DNA from: a virus
Virus record (IMG/VR): IMGVR_UViG_3300045412_000547
Reading direction: 5' to 3' (one strand)
DNA: 64,000 bases
Under the pieces are notes generated by a model, which saw nothing but the letters and a program-made list of their open reading frames with translations, had not been told where the DNA came from and ran no database searches. The position numbers and the translations under genes were made by a program. Positions 47,977-57,525 of this stretch are shown here, one piece after another; the stretch's first letter is position 1, and each line of letters begins with the position of its first letter.

Positions 47977-49299
47977 ATGTCTGAATACGTAACAAAAATA
48001 TTAATTCGCAGAGGAAACGATCTTTCCCGTAGAACAGCTAATACAACGGGTATTATATTGGACAACGGAGAACCAGGCTGGACTATAGATACAAAAAGAC
48101 TTTATGTTGGGGACGGTGTAACGTACGGGGGAATACCTGTGGGAAGCCGAAACCTAGGCTCCGTAGGTCGTTTGTTTGAAGGATCAGTCACCGGCTTTAC
48201 GAATGAGGCTATACAAGTTTTTGCATTAAGCGGTGTTGAAGTTGGTGATGTTGTTTATGACAGAACAACTAGAGTTTTATATAGTCTCTCAAGTATATCT
48301 AACTTTCCCCCTCTCACTTCCGATATTGTGAGATATGATTTTAATGTTTTGTTAAATGAAGGTAATTTAGAATTTGATAACCAAAATAGAGTTAAAATTA
48401 AAACTAACGGCGTAGGTGTGTTCGAATTAAATCCTTCCGTTGCTGGTCCTGGGTTACAGAAGCTAGAAGGTTCTTTCATTCAAATAGGAACAGGTCCAAC
48501 CGGTGTCACTAATACCATGATGAATTTTATGCCTCCTAACTCTGTAAAAGTCAATAATGGTACAGCATTTCAGTCTCCATCCGATTTAAATATTAATCCC
48601 AATAGTGTTTTGGGTAGAACATCTACCGGATCTTTAACGAGCATATATATCACTTCAGTTTTATCTTATGCAAATTTTGAGGGGGGTAACGGGGTAAGAG
48701 TGGTTAGTGATGGTACTTCTACCAGCGTGTCTTTAAGCTCTGAAGTACTTAACATGACTGAAGCTGGTGTCTTTATCTACAGACCACTATATACATACGC
48801 ACCGGTATCATTTACACAAAGCGTACACTGTCAACAATCCCTTACTTTAAGTAGAGGATTAACATCCGATTTTAATACACTTTCTCTTTTTAACGGCGAC
48901 TGTGTTGTGCATAAACGGCTGTTAACCCGCGAAGCCGCCGGCTTCAAATCTACATTAAGTGCTGTGGGTACAATAACATGTGATAATGATATTATTGCGT
49001 TTGCTACATCAGATAAAAAATTAAAAGTTAATATTAAACCTGTTTCAAATGCTTTAGAGAAAGTAGATAACTTAACAGGATATAGTTTTAATTGGAATAC
49101 ACAAAATACGCCTTACGAACATTTAAAAGGAAGAGATGTAGGTTTTATTGCAGATGAAGTTGAGCAAATATTACCGGAAGCTGTAACTACTCGTAATGAT
49201 GGTATTAAAGCTGTAAATTATGATAAGGTTGTCCCGTTACTTGTACAAAGCATAAAAGAGTTGAAAAAAGAAATTCAAACGCTTAAACATAATAAATGA
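47977..49299 (+). CDS. Tail fibre/spike protein with C-terminal intramolecular chaperone (peptidase S74)
   Basis: ILIRRG...GEPGWTIDTKRLYVGDG N-terminus; SDKKLKVNI...VGFIADEVEQILPEAV...VNYDKVVPLLVQSIKEL. Confidence 0.85.
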   Translation: MSEYVTKILIRRGNDLSRRTANTTGIILDNGEPGWTIDTKRLYVGDGVTYGGIPVGSRNLGSVGRLFEGSVTGFTNEAIQVFALSGVEVGDVVYDRTTRVLYSLSSISNFPPLTSDIVRYDFNVLLNEGNLEFDNQNRVKIKTNGVGVFELNPSVAGPGLQKLEGSFIQIGTGPTGVTNTMMNFMPPNSVKVNNGTAFQSPSDLNINPNSVLGRTSTGSLTSIYITSVLSYANFEGGNGVRVVSDGTSTSVSLSSEVLNMTEAGVFIYRPLYTYAPVSFTQSVHCQQSLTLSRGLTSDFNTLSLFNGDCVVHKRLLTREAAGFKSTLSAVGTITCDNDIIAFATSDKKLKVNIKPVSNALEKVDNLTGYSFNWNTQNTPYEHLKGRDVGFIADEVEQILPEAVTTRNDGIKAVNYDKVVPLLVQSIKELKKEIQTLKHNK

Positions 49300-49496
49300 A
49301 AAGATTTAATAAATTTTTTGAAGATTTTAATATTCAAAAAAGAAGTACAATTAGTTCGACAGATGCAGGTACTACCCGCGGAGATTCGTTTTTAGATTTT
49401 ACCAATCGAATGGAAAAAATGGTATTAAATGATTTAGCGGAAATTCGTAAGAAACAAAAAATAAAAAATAAAAGAAAAAAATTAAGAGAAAAATAA
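49296..49496 (+). CDS. Small basic hypothetical protein
   Basis: MKRFNKFFE start; Lys-rich tail. Confidence 0.5.
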   Translation: MKRFNKFFEDFNIQKRSTISSTDAGTTRGDSFLDFTNRMEKMVLNDLAEIRKKQKIKNKRKKLREK

Positions 49497-49588
49497 TCGA
49501 GAGTTTACTATAGCTCTTCATCTAACTTGCTTGGCCCATTTACTCTGTAAGATTTCTTTTAATCGTCCCAAAAAAAATTATAGTATGT

Positions 49589-51220
49589 TTAACTTACAGA
49601 CCAGCCTTTATTTGTAGCAATGTTTTTGTTGCTTGCATCATATCCAGGATTTCCTGAAACTAAAAGTTGCTTTGCATTGTTTCCATATGAAGCACCAGAA
49701 TATAAGGATGTGTATAATACATTTAAGGCATTTGCATCCATATTTTGATTTCGTAAATCAACGTAAAAATAACTTGTCATTCCTGTAAAGTCTGCCCCCA
49801 CAATTCTATTTTGACTTACTCCATTGAAATCCATGGTTTTTATTAAAGTATCTGCCCTAAATCTAACCCAACGCCCAGACCCTAAAGGAATAATCCCACC
49901 ATAATCATGATAAACGTTCCATAAATTAAAATAATAGGTCCCCGCACCACAGCACCTTCTAGTGTACCCATTCCAGTTATTGTTCATCGTGATCCAATCA
50001 GTAGCTTGGCTTTCGGAGCCAATTCTTGGAGTTGTAACAATTCCCATTACTCGACGGGTATTTGTATTTCCTGCACTACTGGTAAAATTATAATATATAT
50101 AGTACCAATAATCTGGAGGAGGGGGAGCAGATGTACGGGTAGGGGTGTTTGATTGTGTTAAAGTAGTAGTTGTTGTTGGAGTTTGTGTGTTAGAAAGTGT
50201 AACTGTTGTACTTGGAGTAGGCGTCTGTGTCTGGGTATTCGATAAAGTAACCGTGGTGCTGGGGGTTTGTGTCTGGGTATTCGATAAAGTAACCGTGGTA
50301 GTGGGTGTTTGCGTTTGAGTTTTTGTTTGCGTAGGTGTTTGTGTTTGCGTGGGTGTTTTTGTTTGCGTGTTAGAAGGTGTGGACGTTGTTGTCAAGGTAG
50401 TGGTAGAAGTGTTAGTGGGCGTGATGGTGGGAGCAGGAGTAGCCGTATTAGTAGGCGTTTTTGTTTGTGTGGGGGTTTGAGTGTTTGAAGAAGTGGCCGT
50501 GGGAACGGGAGTACGGGTAGGTGTAGGTGTTTGCGTGGTAGTAGAATTAGGAGTAACGCCTGCCGTGGAGGTATGGGTAGGTGTGAAAGAGGGAGTAGCT
50601 GTGGCTGTAGCATCGGGAGTTCGGGTCGGGGTACTCTGGGGTGTACCTGTGGGAGTAAGAGTAGATTGCGGCGTTGGAGTCAAGGTAACTGTGGGAGTAC
50701 ACGTCGGAGTCGATGCCGGTGTTGAAGTGGGGGTAGGACTAGGTTCAGGGTTTTCCAATAAGAAGTCTCCGAACGCTACCACCAGATAGGAACTTCCTGG
50801 CTCGAATGTTGTAAACGGAGAAGTAAAACCGAATTGATAGGATGCAAAACCTGTGCCTGACTTGTTAACAATTAATACACTTTCTAAATAATCCCTGTAA
50901 AGAGAAAAATCTACAGGAATACTATACGGGTAGGTAAAAATATTATATCGGCGTTTAAATTGTATGAAAGGGGGTTTACCTAAATCGGGAAGAGACATTC
51001 CAAAATTAGGACCAGCCTTCTTCACAACAAGATAACCGGTGGCCGGTTGAAATTGTGTGATAGGAGAACTAAAACCGGGTTGGTAAACTTGAAACCCCGA
51101 CTTACTGTTATTGATACCAGCTAAAAAGTCTACATAAACATCGTAGTCAACAAAAGGATAGGAAAACGGACTGTTAAATTGCAATAGGGTATATTTTTGT
51201 GTAAAATTTAATTGTCTCAC
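49589..51220 (-). CDS. Virion surface protein with long Thr/Pro mucin-like linker
   Basis: Two N-terminal repeat units, about 210 aa of TPT/TQT repeats, C-terminal domain ending NPG..D..IATNKGW. Confidence 0.7.
   Translation of the reverse strand: MRQLNFTQKYTLLQFNSPFSYPFVDYDVYVDFLAGINNSKSGFQVYQPGFSSPITQFQPATGYLVVKKAGPNFGMSLPDLGKPPFIQFKRRYNIFTYPYSIPVDFSLYRDYLESVLIVNKSGTGFASYQFGFTSPFTTFEPGSSYLVVAFGDFLLENPEPSPTPTSTPASTPTCTPTVTLTPTPQSTLTPTGTPQSTPTRTPDATATATPSFTPTHTSTAGVTPNSTTTQTPTPTRTPVPTATSSNTQTPTQTKTPTNTATPAPTITPTNTSTTTLTTTSTPSNTQTKTPTQTQTPTQTKTQTQTPTTTVTLSNTQTQTPSTTVTLSNTQTQTPTPSTTVTLSNTQTPTTTTTLTQSNTPTRTSAPPPPDYWYYIYYNFTSSAGNTNTRRVMGIVTTPRIGSESQATDWITMNNNWNGYTRRCCGAGTYYFNLWNVYHDYGGIIPLGSGRWVRFRADTLIKTMDFNGVSQNRIVGADFTGMTSYFYVDLRNQNMDANALNVLYTSLYSGASYGNNAKQLLVSGNPGYDASNKNIATNKGWSVS
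50226..50299. repeat. 32-bp exact direct repeat (period 42) inside the mucin-like linker
   Basis: TGTGTCTGGGTATTCGATAAAGTAACCGTGGT at 50226-50257 and 50268-50299. Confidence 0.85.
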
Positions 51221-51228
51221 CCTATTAT

Positions 51229-51819
51229 TTATGTTTCTTGTCGAACAGGATAGTAATATTCAGCATTTTTGTAAAGCCGCTTTAATGTATAAGAGGGGGT
51301 TCCTATTTTATCAGACGCTGCAATTAATTTGTTTTTTTCTTTAAATATAACCTCTATGTGACCAGGTCTTGATGCTTTCACAGGTTGATATACAGCAATA
51401 ATAATTGTATTTTCAGGAAGGTTCTTAAGATCTTTGAAAGGTATTTCTACATAATCTGAATTATTTTCAAATATCGATCTGTATCGCTTTGCATGAATTA
51501 TCCCGACTGAAGATACAGTATGAGGAATTGTGCTACTCCCTACTCTAGATTTAACAAGAGCACTTCTTAAGCTAAGCTGAGGAAACGCTTTAGAATGTCT
51601 TTCATGTATATTATTAAGAAGGGCCGTTGCAAATTTAGCACATCGTCCACTACTGTAAGGTTTTGTAAGTTTTTTTACATCAGTTTTAAACTCTAAAAAT
51701 TCCGTGTATGTAAGGTTCGGTTTAATAACCCTTTCAGTTTCTAAATACGCAGCTTCTGAAATTTTTGTCGCATTTAAAAGTAATAGAAGTAGAGTCGATA
51801 GGTACAATTTATTTTTCAT
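51229..51819 (-). CDS. Secreted Cys/His (CHAP/NlpC-P60-like) putative peptidoglycan hydrolase
   Basis: Signal peptide [15 protein letters not shown]...SEAA; SGRCAKF and PGHIEV...ASD motifs. Confidence 0.55.
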   Translation of the reverse strand: MKNKLYLSTLLLLLLNATKISEAAYLETERVIKPNLTYTEFLEFKTDVKKLTKPYSSGRCAKFATALLNNIHERHSKAFPQLSLRSALVKSRVGSSTIPHTVSSVGIIHAKRYRSIFENNSDYVEIPFKDLKNLPENTIIIAVYQPVKASRPGHIEVIFKEKNKLIAASDKIGTPSYTLKRLYKNAEYYYPVRQET

Positions 51820-51916
51820 AAATTAAAATTAACACTATTGACCGTGCTGGGTCGCAAAACTAGAATGATTAGTTAGGTTTTGCATAGTCGTATTTTATTA
51901 AATTTAAAAATGAAAA

Positions 51917-52318
51917 TCAACTGCTAGGAGTTGACGGGGGTAGAGTCTGAGGTACAACCGGCTTTGGTTTCGGTTTTAACTTCTTTTGAACATCTATAAT
52001 AGCTTTTAGTTTACGTATAGTAGTATACATTGTTTCGTAAATATTAACAAAATCCTGTGGTTCGTCAGTACGGCCCATGCGAAGCATTTCTCTTAAGTCT
52101 TCTTTGACGTGCTTTTTAATTTGACTTAGTTTTAGTACTCCATATCCTTTAATTAATACTTTTGGATCCCACGGATCTTTAGTTGTACCGTAAATAACGC
52201 CTTCTTCTGCTTCCCTATACTCTTTTGCAGGGTACATATATGAGTCATTATTACGAGTAGTATTGTTTATACCTAAATTGGTATATTGCTCATATATACG
52301 TTTTTGGTCTTTATTCAC
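51917..52318 (-). CDS. Hypothetical late protein
   Basis: MNKDQKRIYEQY start; DPKVLIKGYGVL; CATAAATA upstream. Confidence 0.6.
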   Translation of the reverse strand: MNKDQKRIYEQYTNLGINNTTRNNDSYMYPAKEYREAEEGVIYGTTKDPWDPKVLIKGYGVLKLSQIKKHVKEDLREMLRMGRTDEPQDFVNIYETMYTTIRKLKAIIDVQKKLKPKPKPVVPQTLPPSTPSS

Positions 52319-52333
52319 CCTAAATATTTATGT

Positions 52334-52576
52334 ATGTGGGGTTCGAGTAAAGGGGAAAATAGTCGACAAAAAAAAGAAGCATACCAAATTATAATAGAAA
52401 ACATAGATTTATTTCAAGTATGTGAGGCATGTGATGCAATAATACCCGTTATCTATAAAATCTGCCCGATTTGTAAAAATTATAGATTTAATAACAACGA
52501 ACATTATGTAAAAAAGTCGTTAAAAAATTTTATAAATAGAGACGAGTCTGGTTTTATATATACAGACTTTATATAA
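52334..52576 (+). CDS. Small zinc-ribbon protein
   Basis: VCEACDAII......CPICKNYRF. Confidence 0.6.
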   Translation: MWGSSKGENSRQKKEAYQIIIENIDLFQVCEACDAIIPVIYKICPICKNYRFNNNEHYVKKSLKNFINRDESGFIYTDFI

Positions 52577-52730
52577 AAATATATTCGTTTAAGTGTTGGG
52601 ACAAAAATTTAATTTTTTCTTGTAACTCTTTTTGTTTTTGGCCTTTTGAGTTTTTAGAAACTTTATAGAGATCCAGTATCATATCGGCCGTTATTTTTTG
52701 TGTCTTTTTAGAGCTACTTTTAGTAGTCAT
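52569..52730 (-). CDS. 53-aa hypothetical late protein
   Basis: Not in ORF track; MTTKSSSKKTQKITADMILDLY...; minus-strand AATAAATA at 52736-52743. Confidence 0.45.
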   Translation of the reverse strand: MTTKSSSKKTQKITADMILDLYKVSKNSKGQKQKELQEKIKFLSQHLNEYIFI

Positions 52731-52791
52731 AATAATATTTATTCTAAATGTTACATAGTTGATATTTTTTTATTTTCGCATAATTAGTTAT

Positions 52792-52980
52792 ATGAATACA
52801 ATTGAAACTCTTAAAGCCACAGTAGAAGAAATTGCAGCAGAATTTACAAAATTTGATTCTGGTAACAATTTAGCCGGTACCCGCGCTAGAAAAGCATGCC
52901 AGGTCTTAATTAAGACTGCTCGCGAGATTCGTAAGCAAATTCAAGAAGCTAAAGCTAGTCGTAAAGCTGGCAAAGCCTAG
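52792..52980 (+). CDS. Histone H1-like Hc1 family protein
   Basis: KFDSGNNLAGTRARKACQVL...REIRKQIQ. Confidence 0.75.
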   Translation: MNTIETLKATVEEIAAEFTKFDSGNNLAGTRARKACQVLIKTAREIRKQIQEAKASRKAGKA

Positions 52981-53044
52981 TATTTATTCGGTAAATAGTT
53001 AAATTATATCGAAAAAAAACATAGTCTTACTATTAAGTAATTCT

Positions 53045-53350
53045 ATGAAGTTAAATCTATCTGTAACTAAAGGCGATATTGAAAATGGCGAAAAAGCACA
53101 ACCTAATAACTGTGCTATCGCAAGGGCGTTAAAAAGAAACGTAGCTGGCTTAAAAGAGGTAGCTGTGTTTGTAAATCATGCGCACTTTCGAGTTAACAAA
53201 AATAAAAAAACTGTTAACTACGTTTGCAGTATACCGAAAAAGGCTAATAAGTTTATTAGAGACTTCGACCGCGGGTTAGCCGTGACCCCGTTCAAGTTAA
53301 AATTAAACTTTACCCCTCTTACCTCGTATAAGTCGTTCGCAAACTACTAA
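53045..53350 (+). CDS. Hypothetical protein
   Basis: VTKGDIENG...NCAIARAL...FIRDFDRG..VTPF motif common in phages. Confidence 0.6.
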   Translation: MKLNLSVTKGDIENGEKAQPNNCAIARALKRNVAGLKEVAVFVNHAHFRVNKNKKTVNYVCSIPKKANKFIRDFDRGLAVTPFKLKLNFTPLTSYKSFANY

Positions 53351-53550
53351 GCGAACTTCATAGACGGGCGCTCTTCTTCAGAAAAGAGCTCTAGAATTCG
53401 TATATTATCCAATATATACCATTCATGGTTTATTTTTATACAGTTTTTAGAAGGGGATAATTCGTTCACCTTCCCTTCATAAACAATATGTCGGCTAACC
53501 GGGTAGTTAATAAACAGTATTTTTCTTTCAACTAACTCTTCTAAATTCAT
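53347..53550 (-). CDS. Hypothetical protein
   Basis: YEGKVNELSPS motif, 67 aa. Confidence 0.5.
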   Translation of the reverse strand: MNLEELVERKILFINYPVSRHIVYEGKVNELSPSKNCIKINHEWYILDNIRILELFSEEERPSMKFA

Positions 53551-53702
53551 TTTCTCTTTTTACCTGCATCACTCCTTTTAGCACGAAACATAGCTTTATG
53601 ATTATGTCCTATAGCTTTAATAGGACGTATAAACTGTTCCCTCAAGGATTTTGCTATTCTTTTATTCATATCACCACGGTAACCACTAATTATTTTTGAC
53701 AT
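53547..53702 (-). CDS. 51-aa basic hypothetical protein
   Basis: Not in ORF track; MSKIISGYRGDMNKRIAK...; TTGCAC-N16-TAAAAT 6 nt upstream; ATGA coupling to next gene. Confidence 0.45.
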   Translation of the reverse strand: MSKIISGYRGDMNKRIAKSLREQFIRPIKAIGHNHKAMFRAKRSDAGKKRK

Positions 53703-53750
53703 TCTTCTATTTTAGAGGAACCAATAATATGTGCAAATTAATAAATATAT

Positions 53751-54224
53751 ATGGTGAATTCGGACAATAAATTAATTTTGGAACAATACAAAAAAATTCA
53801 AGAAGGTCTAATAGATAGAACAAAGGCTAATATTTCTTCTATAGGCGGTGAAGTCAGAGGGCTAAAACAAAGGATTGGGGGTCATATAAAAGGAGCAATC
53901 GCAGGATATAATAAAGATGATGAAGCTTATAATACTGCAAAACAAGAAATAGAAAGCGGTAAAAACCTAGGATTAGATGCAAAAACTAACTCTATTGTCA
54001 GATCGCATTTTAAAAAATTAAGAGCTGTTATACAAGATTTTACAGATGACTTAACTGAGTTAGATATATTATCCCGAGAAAATGCCCGTTGGTACAATGA
54101 TGAATTAATGAAAGTTATTGAGAATATGACTAAAAAAGAAACAGTACAAAATTTACCAGTACCGGAAAAACCTAAAATTGTTCCAAGAGGAACGGCTGCT
54201 GCTTTAGAAGAACCCGCTGTTTAA
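53751..54224 (+). CDS. Hypothetical late protein, possible internal protein
   Basis: AATAAATA at 53740-53747; SDNKLILEQY..IQEGLIDR start. Confidence 0.6.
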   Translation: MVNSDNKLILEQYKKIQEGLIDRTKANISSIGGEVRGLKQRIGGHIKGAIAGYNKDDEAYNTAKQEIESGKNLGLDAKTNSIVRSHFKKLRAVIQDFTDDLTELDILSRENARWYNDELMKVIENMTKKETVQNLPVPEKPKIVPRGTAAALEEPAV

Positions 54225-54649
54225 AGAAAAAATACTTTTAAATTTTCACCATCTTTTACAACAGAAAAGGATCTAAATTGAGCTCGATCTTCGTTTAATT
54301 TGTTATAAAGATCTGGCCAGTCTTCTTCAGTGGTGTTAATAACTTTACCGGAATACATAACAAAATTAAAATTATTATTTGTTTGTTCAATAAAATAGTC
54401 AAATTGTGGAGATTTGCTTTTTATAAAATCAGTTAAAACAGGAAGTAGCTTTTCTTTATTTTTATAACAAAAATCTTCTACACGGGTCTTACAAGAACAG
54501 TTAGTCCCATTACTAATCATACTTTCTATATCTGCATAAAGTTCTACCGGATATTTTTCTTTAAGTAGGTCTCTAAACTCTGGGCTCGAATAAATAAGCT
54601 GACTGAAATAATTTCTAACAACGTTTTCGTTGTCTAGCAATAAATTCAT
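54221..54649 (-). CDS. CxC-motif protein, paralogue of 54646-55095
   Basis: NCSCKTRV...YSGKV...FRSFSVVKD...VFFL. Confidence 0.65.
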   Translation of the reverse strand: MNLLLDNENVVRNYFSQLIYSSPEFRDLLKEKYPVELYADIESMISNGTNCSCKTRVEDFCYKNKEKLLPVLTDFIKSKSPQFDYFIEQTNNNFNFVMYSGKVINTTEEDWPDLYNKLNEDRAQFRSFSVVKDGENLKVFFL

Positions 54650-55095
54650 AAAAAATAAATTTTTAATTTACTGCTGTCTTTAACTATGTGGCAACTTCTA
54701 TATATAAATTTTTCTTGATCCATCTTAATCTTAAATTGTAGAAATTCTTCCGGTGTATCGTCTATTTCAAAAACTTTACCGTATACTTCGGTATAAGAAT
54801 ATTTTTTTTCAATTATAGAAGGCTCTATTGCAGGTAATAAATTTTTAGTAAATAAAGAGTTTTTTTCATCTTTAAACCAATTATTTAAGAATTCAAAAAT
54901 AATTCGTCTATTAGATTCAACATAAGACAAGATTTTATTTCTACATTCACAAGCAGGATTTTGTTTAAATGAATCAATTTGAGGTGAAATTAAAGGAGCA
55001 AAATTTTTTAAACTTTCTATCAACGGCCGAGGCCCGATATAAATAATATCTAATACTACATGAGGAAAATATTTATAATCTTCATTAAAATTCAT
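54646..55095 (-). CDS. CxC-motif protein, paralogue of 54221-54649
   Basis: NPACECRNKI...VYGKV...YRSCHIVKD...IYFL. Confidence 0.65.
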   Translation of the reverse strand: MNFNEDYKYFPHVVLDIIYIGPRPLIESLKNFAPLISPQIDSFKQNPACECRNKILSYVESNRRIIFEFLNNWFKDEKNSLFTKNLLPAIEPSIIEKKYSYTEVYGKVFEIDDTPEEFLQFKIKMDQEKFIYRSCHIVKDSSKLKIYFL

Positions 55096-55180
55096 ATTAA
55101 AAATTTATTTAATCATATCAAAAATTCAATACAATAATTACGTAAGTAAGCTCTCACATTTAAAGACACATTAAAGTTGC

Positions 55181-56812
55181 CTAATTTGCAGATCCCGGGG
55201 TTGCAGTGTAACCACCATATAGCATTGCATGACCTGAAATATCATTAGCCCACATAACTAAAGACATTGGATTAGAAGCATCGACTTCAGCCCAATCCTC
55301 ACCACCCACAGTATGATCCCAATTACAATATCCCATGCTAACAGGGAAAGGGCAAGGTACTGTTGTTTGTAATTGTTGTATGATAGGTATGTTGCACCCA
55401 TGATAGCATTTGTTCGGAGGCGGTCCCGGTTCACAACAAGGTCTTTGTTCACTATCTTCGTTACCTATTTGTTTCGTAAATGAATAACACTTACATATAT
55501 TTTCGTAGTTTTCGATCTTGCTTTTCCAATTTTCTAGCCATGCCTTAAAAGTATCAACAAAGTTCTTTACATCTTTTTCAGTTGTAAGAAATAAATCATA
55601 TATCTGCAGCCCAAAATTATCTAGATCTTCTACCCCTTGTTCAACTGCTTCTTTAGTCCAAAATTTCCTTGAATAACCTATAATATCTTCAAAAGTATTA
55701 GGAAAAGGGGTACCATGCGCACCAACAGCAGAATGTATCATGCTCCATATATCTCGTGCAGAATAAGGTTCCATATTTCCTTGTATAAATTCACAGGGTT
55801 TACCTAAACAACTGCCGCATCCCCTCGCGCAGGAATCTTTAACAGAGTTTACAAACTCTTTAACCTTACATTTATATTTTGCTGTAAAAGCATCTACTAA
55901 TGCTTCTAAAAGGCCTGTAGCTGGTGTATTAAGAAAATTATCAATAGTTTTCTTAAATTCATCTCTTATCCACATTTTTCCAATTTTTACTAATGAAAAA
56001 CAAAACAATTCCCCGGCTGGTAAGGCGCTCCAATTAGTATGTAATCTTTTTCCTTTTTCTGCTGCCCAAGAAGGAGTATTATTTAGTTTTTGCATATCTT
56101 CTTCATGCCACTTAATTCCTATTGCCATTTTTGAAGAAACAGTTGTTAAGCAAGCTATAGCTTCATTAAGAGCTTTTATGGTGCCGTTTTTATCTTCAAT
56201 ATAGCATCCTGTTTTTTCACAGGGCCCATCGTCACCGTAAGTAATAAAGCTCGCAGGGCATCTCCTAGGCTTTTTAATTCTATCAAATTCCGGCCATTTA
56301 TTACCATCTAAGCAAGACCCGGATACAAGCCAAATATTTAAAGCAGATTCCATATCTTTCCATACCTTACTTGCTGCATTATAATCAGCAAGACCAGAGT
56401 TGCATAAACAACCTTTATCGTCATCATTCTCAATGTCCTCCTCTAAAAGAGAAGGCACATAACAAAAAACGTTGCTTCCTATTTGGTTTGAAAGTTCAGG
56501 AAAAGTATTGACCGCATGCACAAAAAAAGAATTGAATACAGCCAGTATACTACCTTCCGCGGCTGAAGATTGTCGGAATACTGAATAAAATGCAGTTCCG
56601 GCTAAAAAAAGAGCTCCTGCGGCGCTCTCCCAGAATGTTATAAACAAACCATCAAATAACGCTTTGGCTTGTGCTGCTAATTCATTACTAGGATCTGATA
56701 CAGTGTTCCAAGCGGCAACAGGTAATGGCGGGCAATAACAGCAAGTACTTGTGCACTCGCTTGATGTAGGCCCATTCGGCCACTTTGGAGGAGGTGGTGT
56801 CGGTCTTGCCAT
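55181..56812 (-). CDS. Cysteine-rich late protein
   Basis: About 26 Cys in 543 aa; CATAAATA at 56818-56825 (minus). Confidence 0.65.
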   Translation of the reverse strand: MARPTPPPPKWPNGPTSSECTSTCCYCPPLPVAAWNTVSDPSNELAAQAKALFDGLFITFWESAAGALFLAGTAFYSVFRQSSAAEGSILAVFNSFFVHAVNTFPELSNQIGSNVFCYVPSLLEEDIENDDDKGCLCNSGLADYNAASKVWKDMESALNIWLVSGSCLDGNKWPEFDRIKKPRRCPASFITYGDDGPCEKTGCYIEDKNGTIKALNEAIACLTTVSSKMAIGIKWHEEDMQKLNNTPSWAAEKGKRLHTNWSALPAGELFCFSLVKIGKMWIRDEFKKTIDNFLNTPATGLLEALVDAFTAKYKCKVKEFVNSVKDSCARGCGSCLGKPCEFIQGNMEPYSARDIWSMIHSAVGAHGTPFPNTFEDIIGYSRKFWTKEAVEQGVEDLDNFGLQIYDLFLTTEKDVKNFVDTFKAWLENWKSKIENYENICKCYSFTKQIGNEDSEQRPCCEPGPPPNKCYHGCNIPIIQQLQTTVPCPFPVSMGYCNWDHTVGGEDWAEVDASNPMSLVMWANDISGHAMLYGGYTATPGSAN

Positions 56813-56820
56813 ATAATTAT

Positions 56821-57522
56821 TTATGAAATATTAATAACTTTCATTGTTGTGTTGTTTAAAGGATTTATATAAAACATACCTACAAAATTAGACCAGTTTA
56901 AATTAGAAATATTTTTATTTAATGTTATAGGAGTATTGTATGTAATATTTGCTAATTGAATACTAGATGTAGATTGATTTGTATTTTTAAAAACACTGCA
57001 AATAGCTGATCTAAGAGAGTCTAAAACCAAGTTTACTTGAAAAGTATTTCCTGGTACTTTTGCTTCATTTTTAAAAGCATCGATATAAGTGTTTCTGTTA
57101 AAATCTAAATTTTGTGTTTGGTTTTGTTCAATTTCATAACCAACGCGGGGATGACCATTATTAACACTTAAGTTTTTCATAGGTAATAGGGGTACATTAC
57201 ATGATGCATTTGATTCAAAAATAGATACTGCATAAAAATTTTTATAAAAATAATAGTTTACACCGGACCCGTCGCAACCACCTATATTTTGATTTGGAGG
57301 ATAGACTAAAACATTATTATTTAAGCTATACTCAGAAAGCGGTTTAATAGTTTTAGATGTTTTATATATATATTCTGGGTATTGAAAAGCTACCATAAAA
57401 ATATCTTTAATTATATTCTCTGGTATATCTTGAGAAACATCAAAGGAAGCAGTAAGTACTCTTTCTAAAATAGCATTGTTTTCAATTTTTAAAATACCTT
57501 CTTTTGGTTGTAGGGTAATCAT
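56821..57522 (-). CDS. Putative virion structural protein
   Basis: Asn/Ser-rich, in an operon with the 1108-aa protein. Confidence 0.5.
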   Translation of the reverse strand: MITLQPKEGILKIENNAILERVLTASFDVSQDIPENIIKDIFMVAFQYPEYIYKTSKTIKPLSEYSLNNNVLVYPPNQNIGGCDGSGVNYYFYKNFYAVSIFESNASCNVPLLPMKNLSVNNGHPRVGYEIEQNQTQNLDFNRNTYIDAFKNEAKVPGNTFQVNLVLDSLRSAICSVFKNTNQSTSSIQLANITYNTPITLNKNISNLNWSNFVGMFYINPLNNTTMKVINIS

Positions 57523-57525
57523 AAA

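Noticed and set aside
50130-50750. Repeats as a possible CRISPR array or DGR template
   Set aside because: In-frame coding repeats without unique spacers; no cas or reverse transcriptase gene in the window
50392-50789. Val/Gly-rich and Arg-rich ORFs over the mucin linker
   Set aside because: Shadow frames of the Thr/Pro repeat
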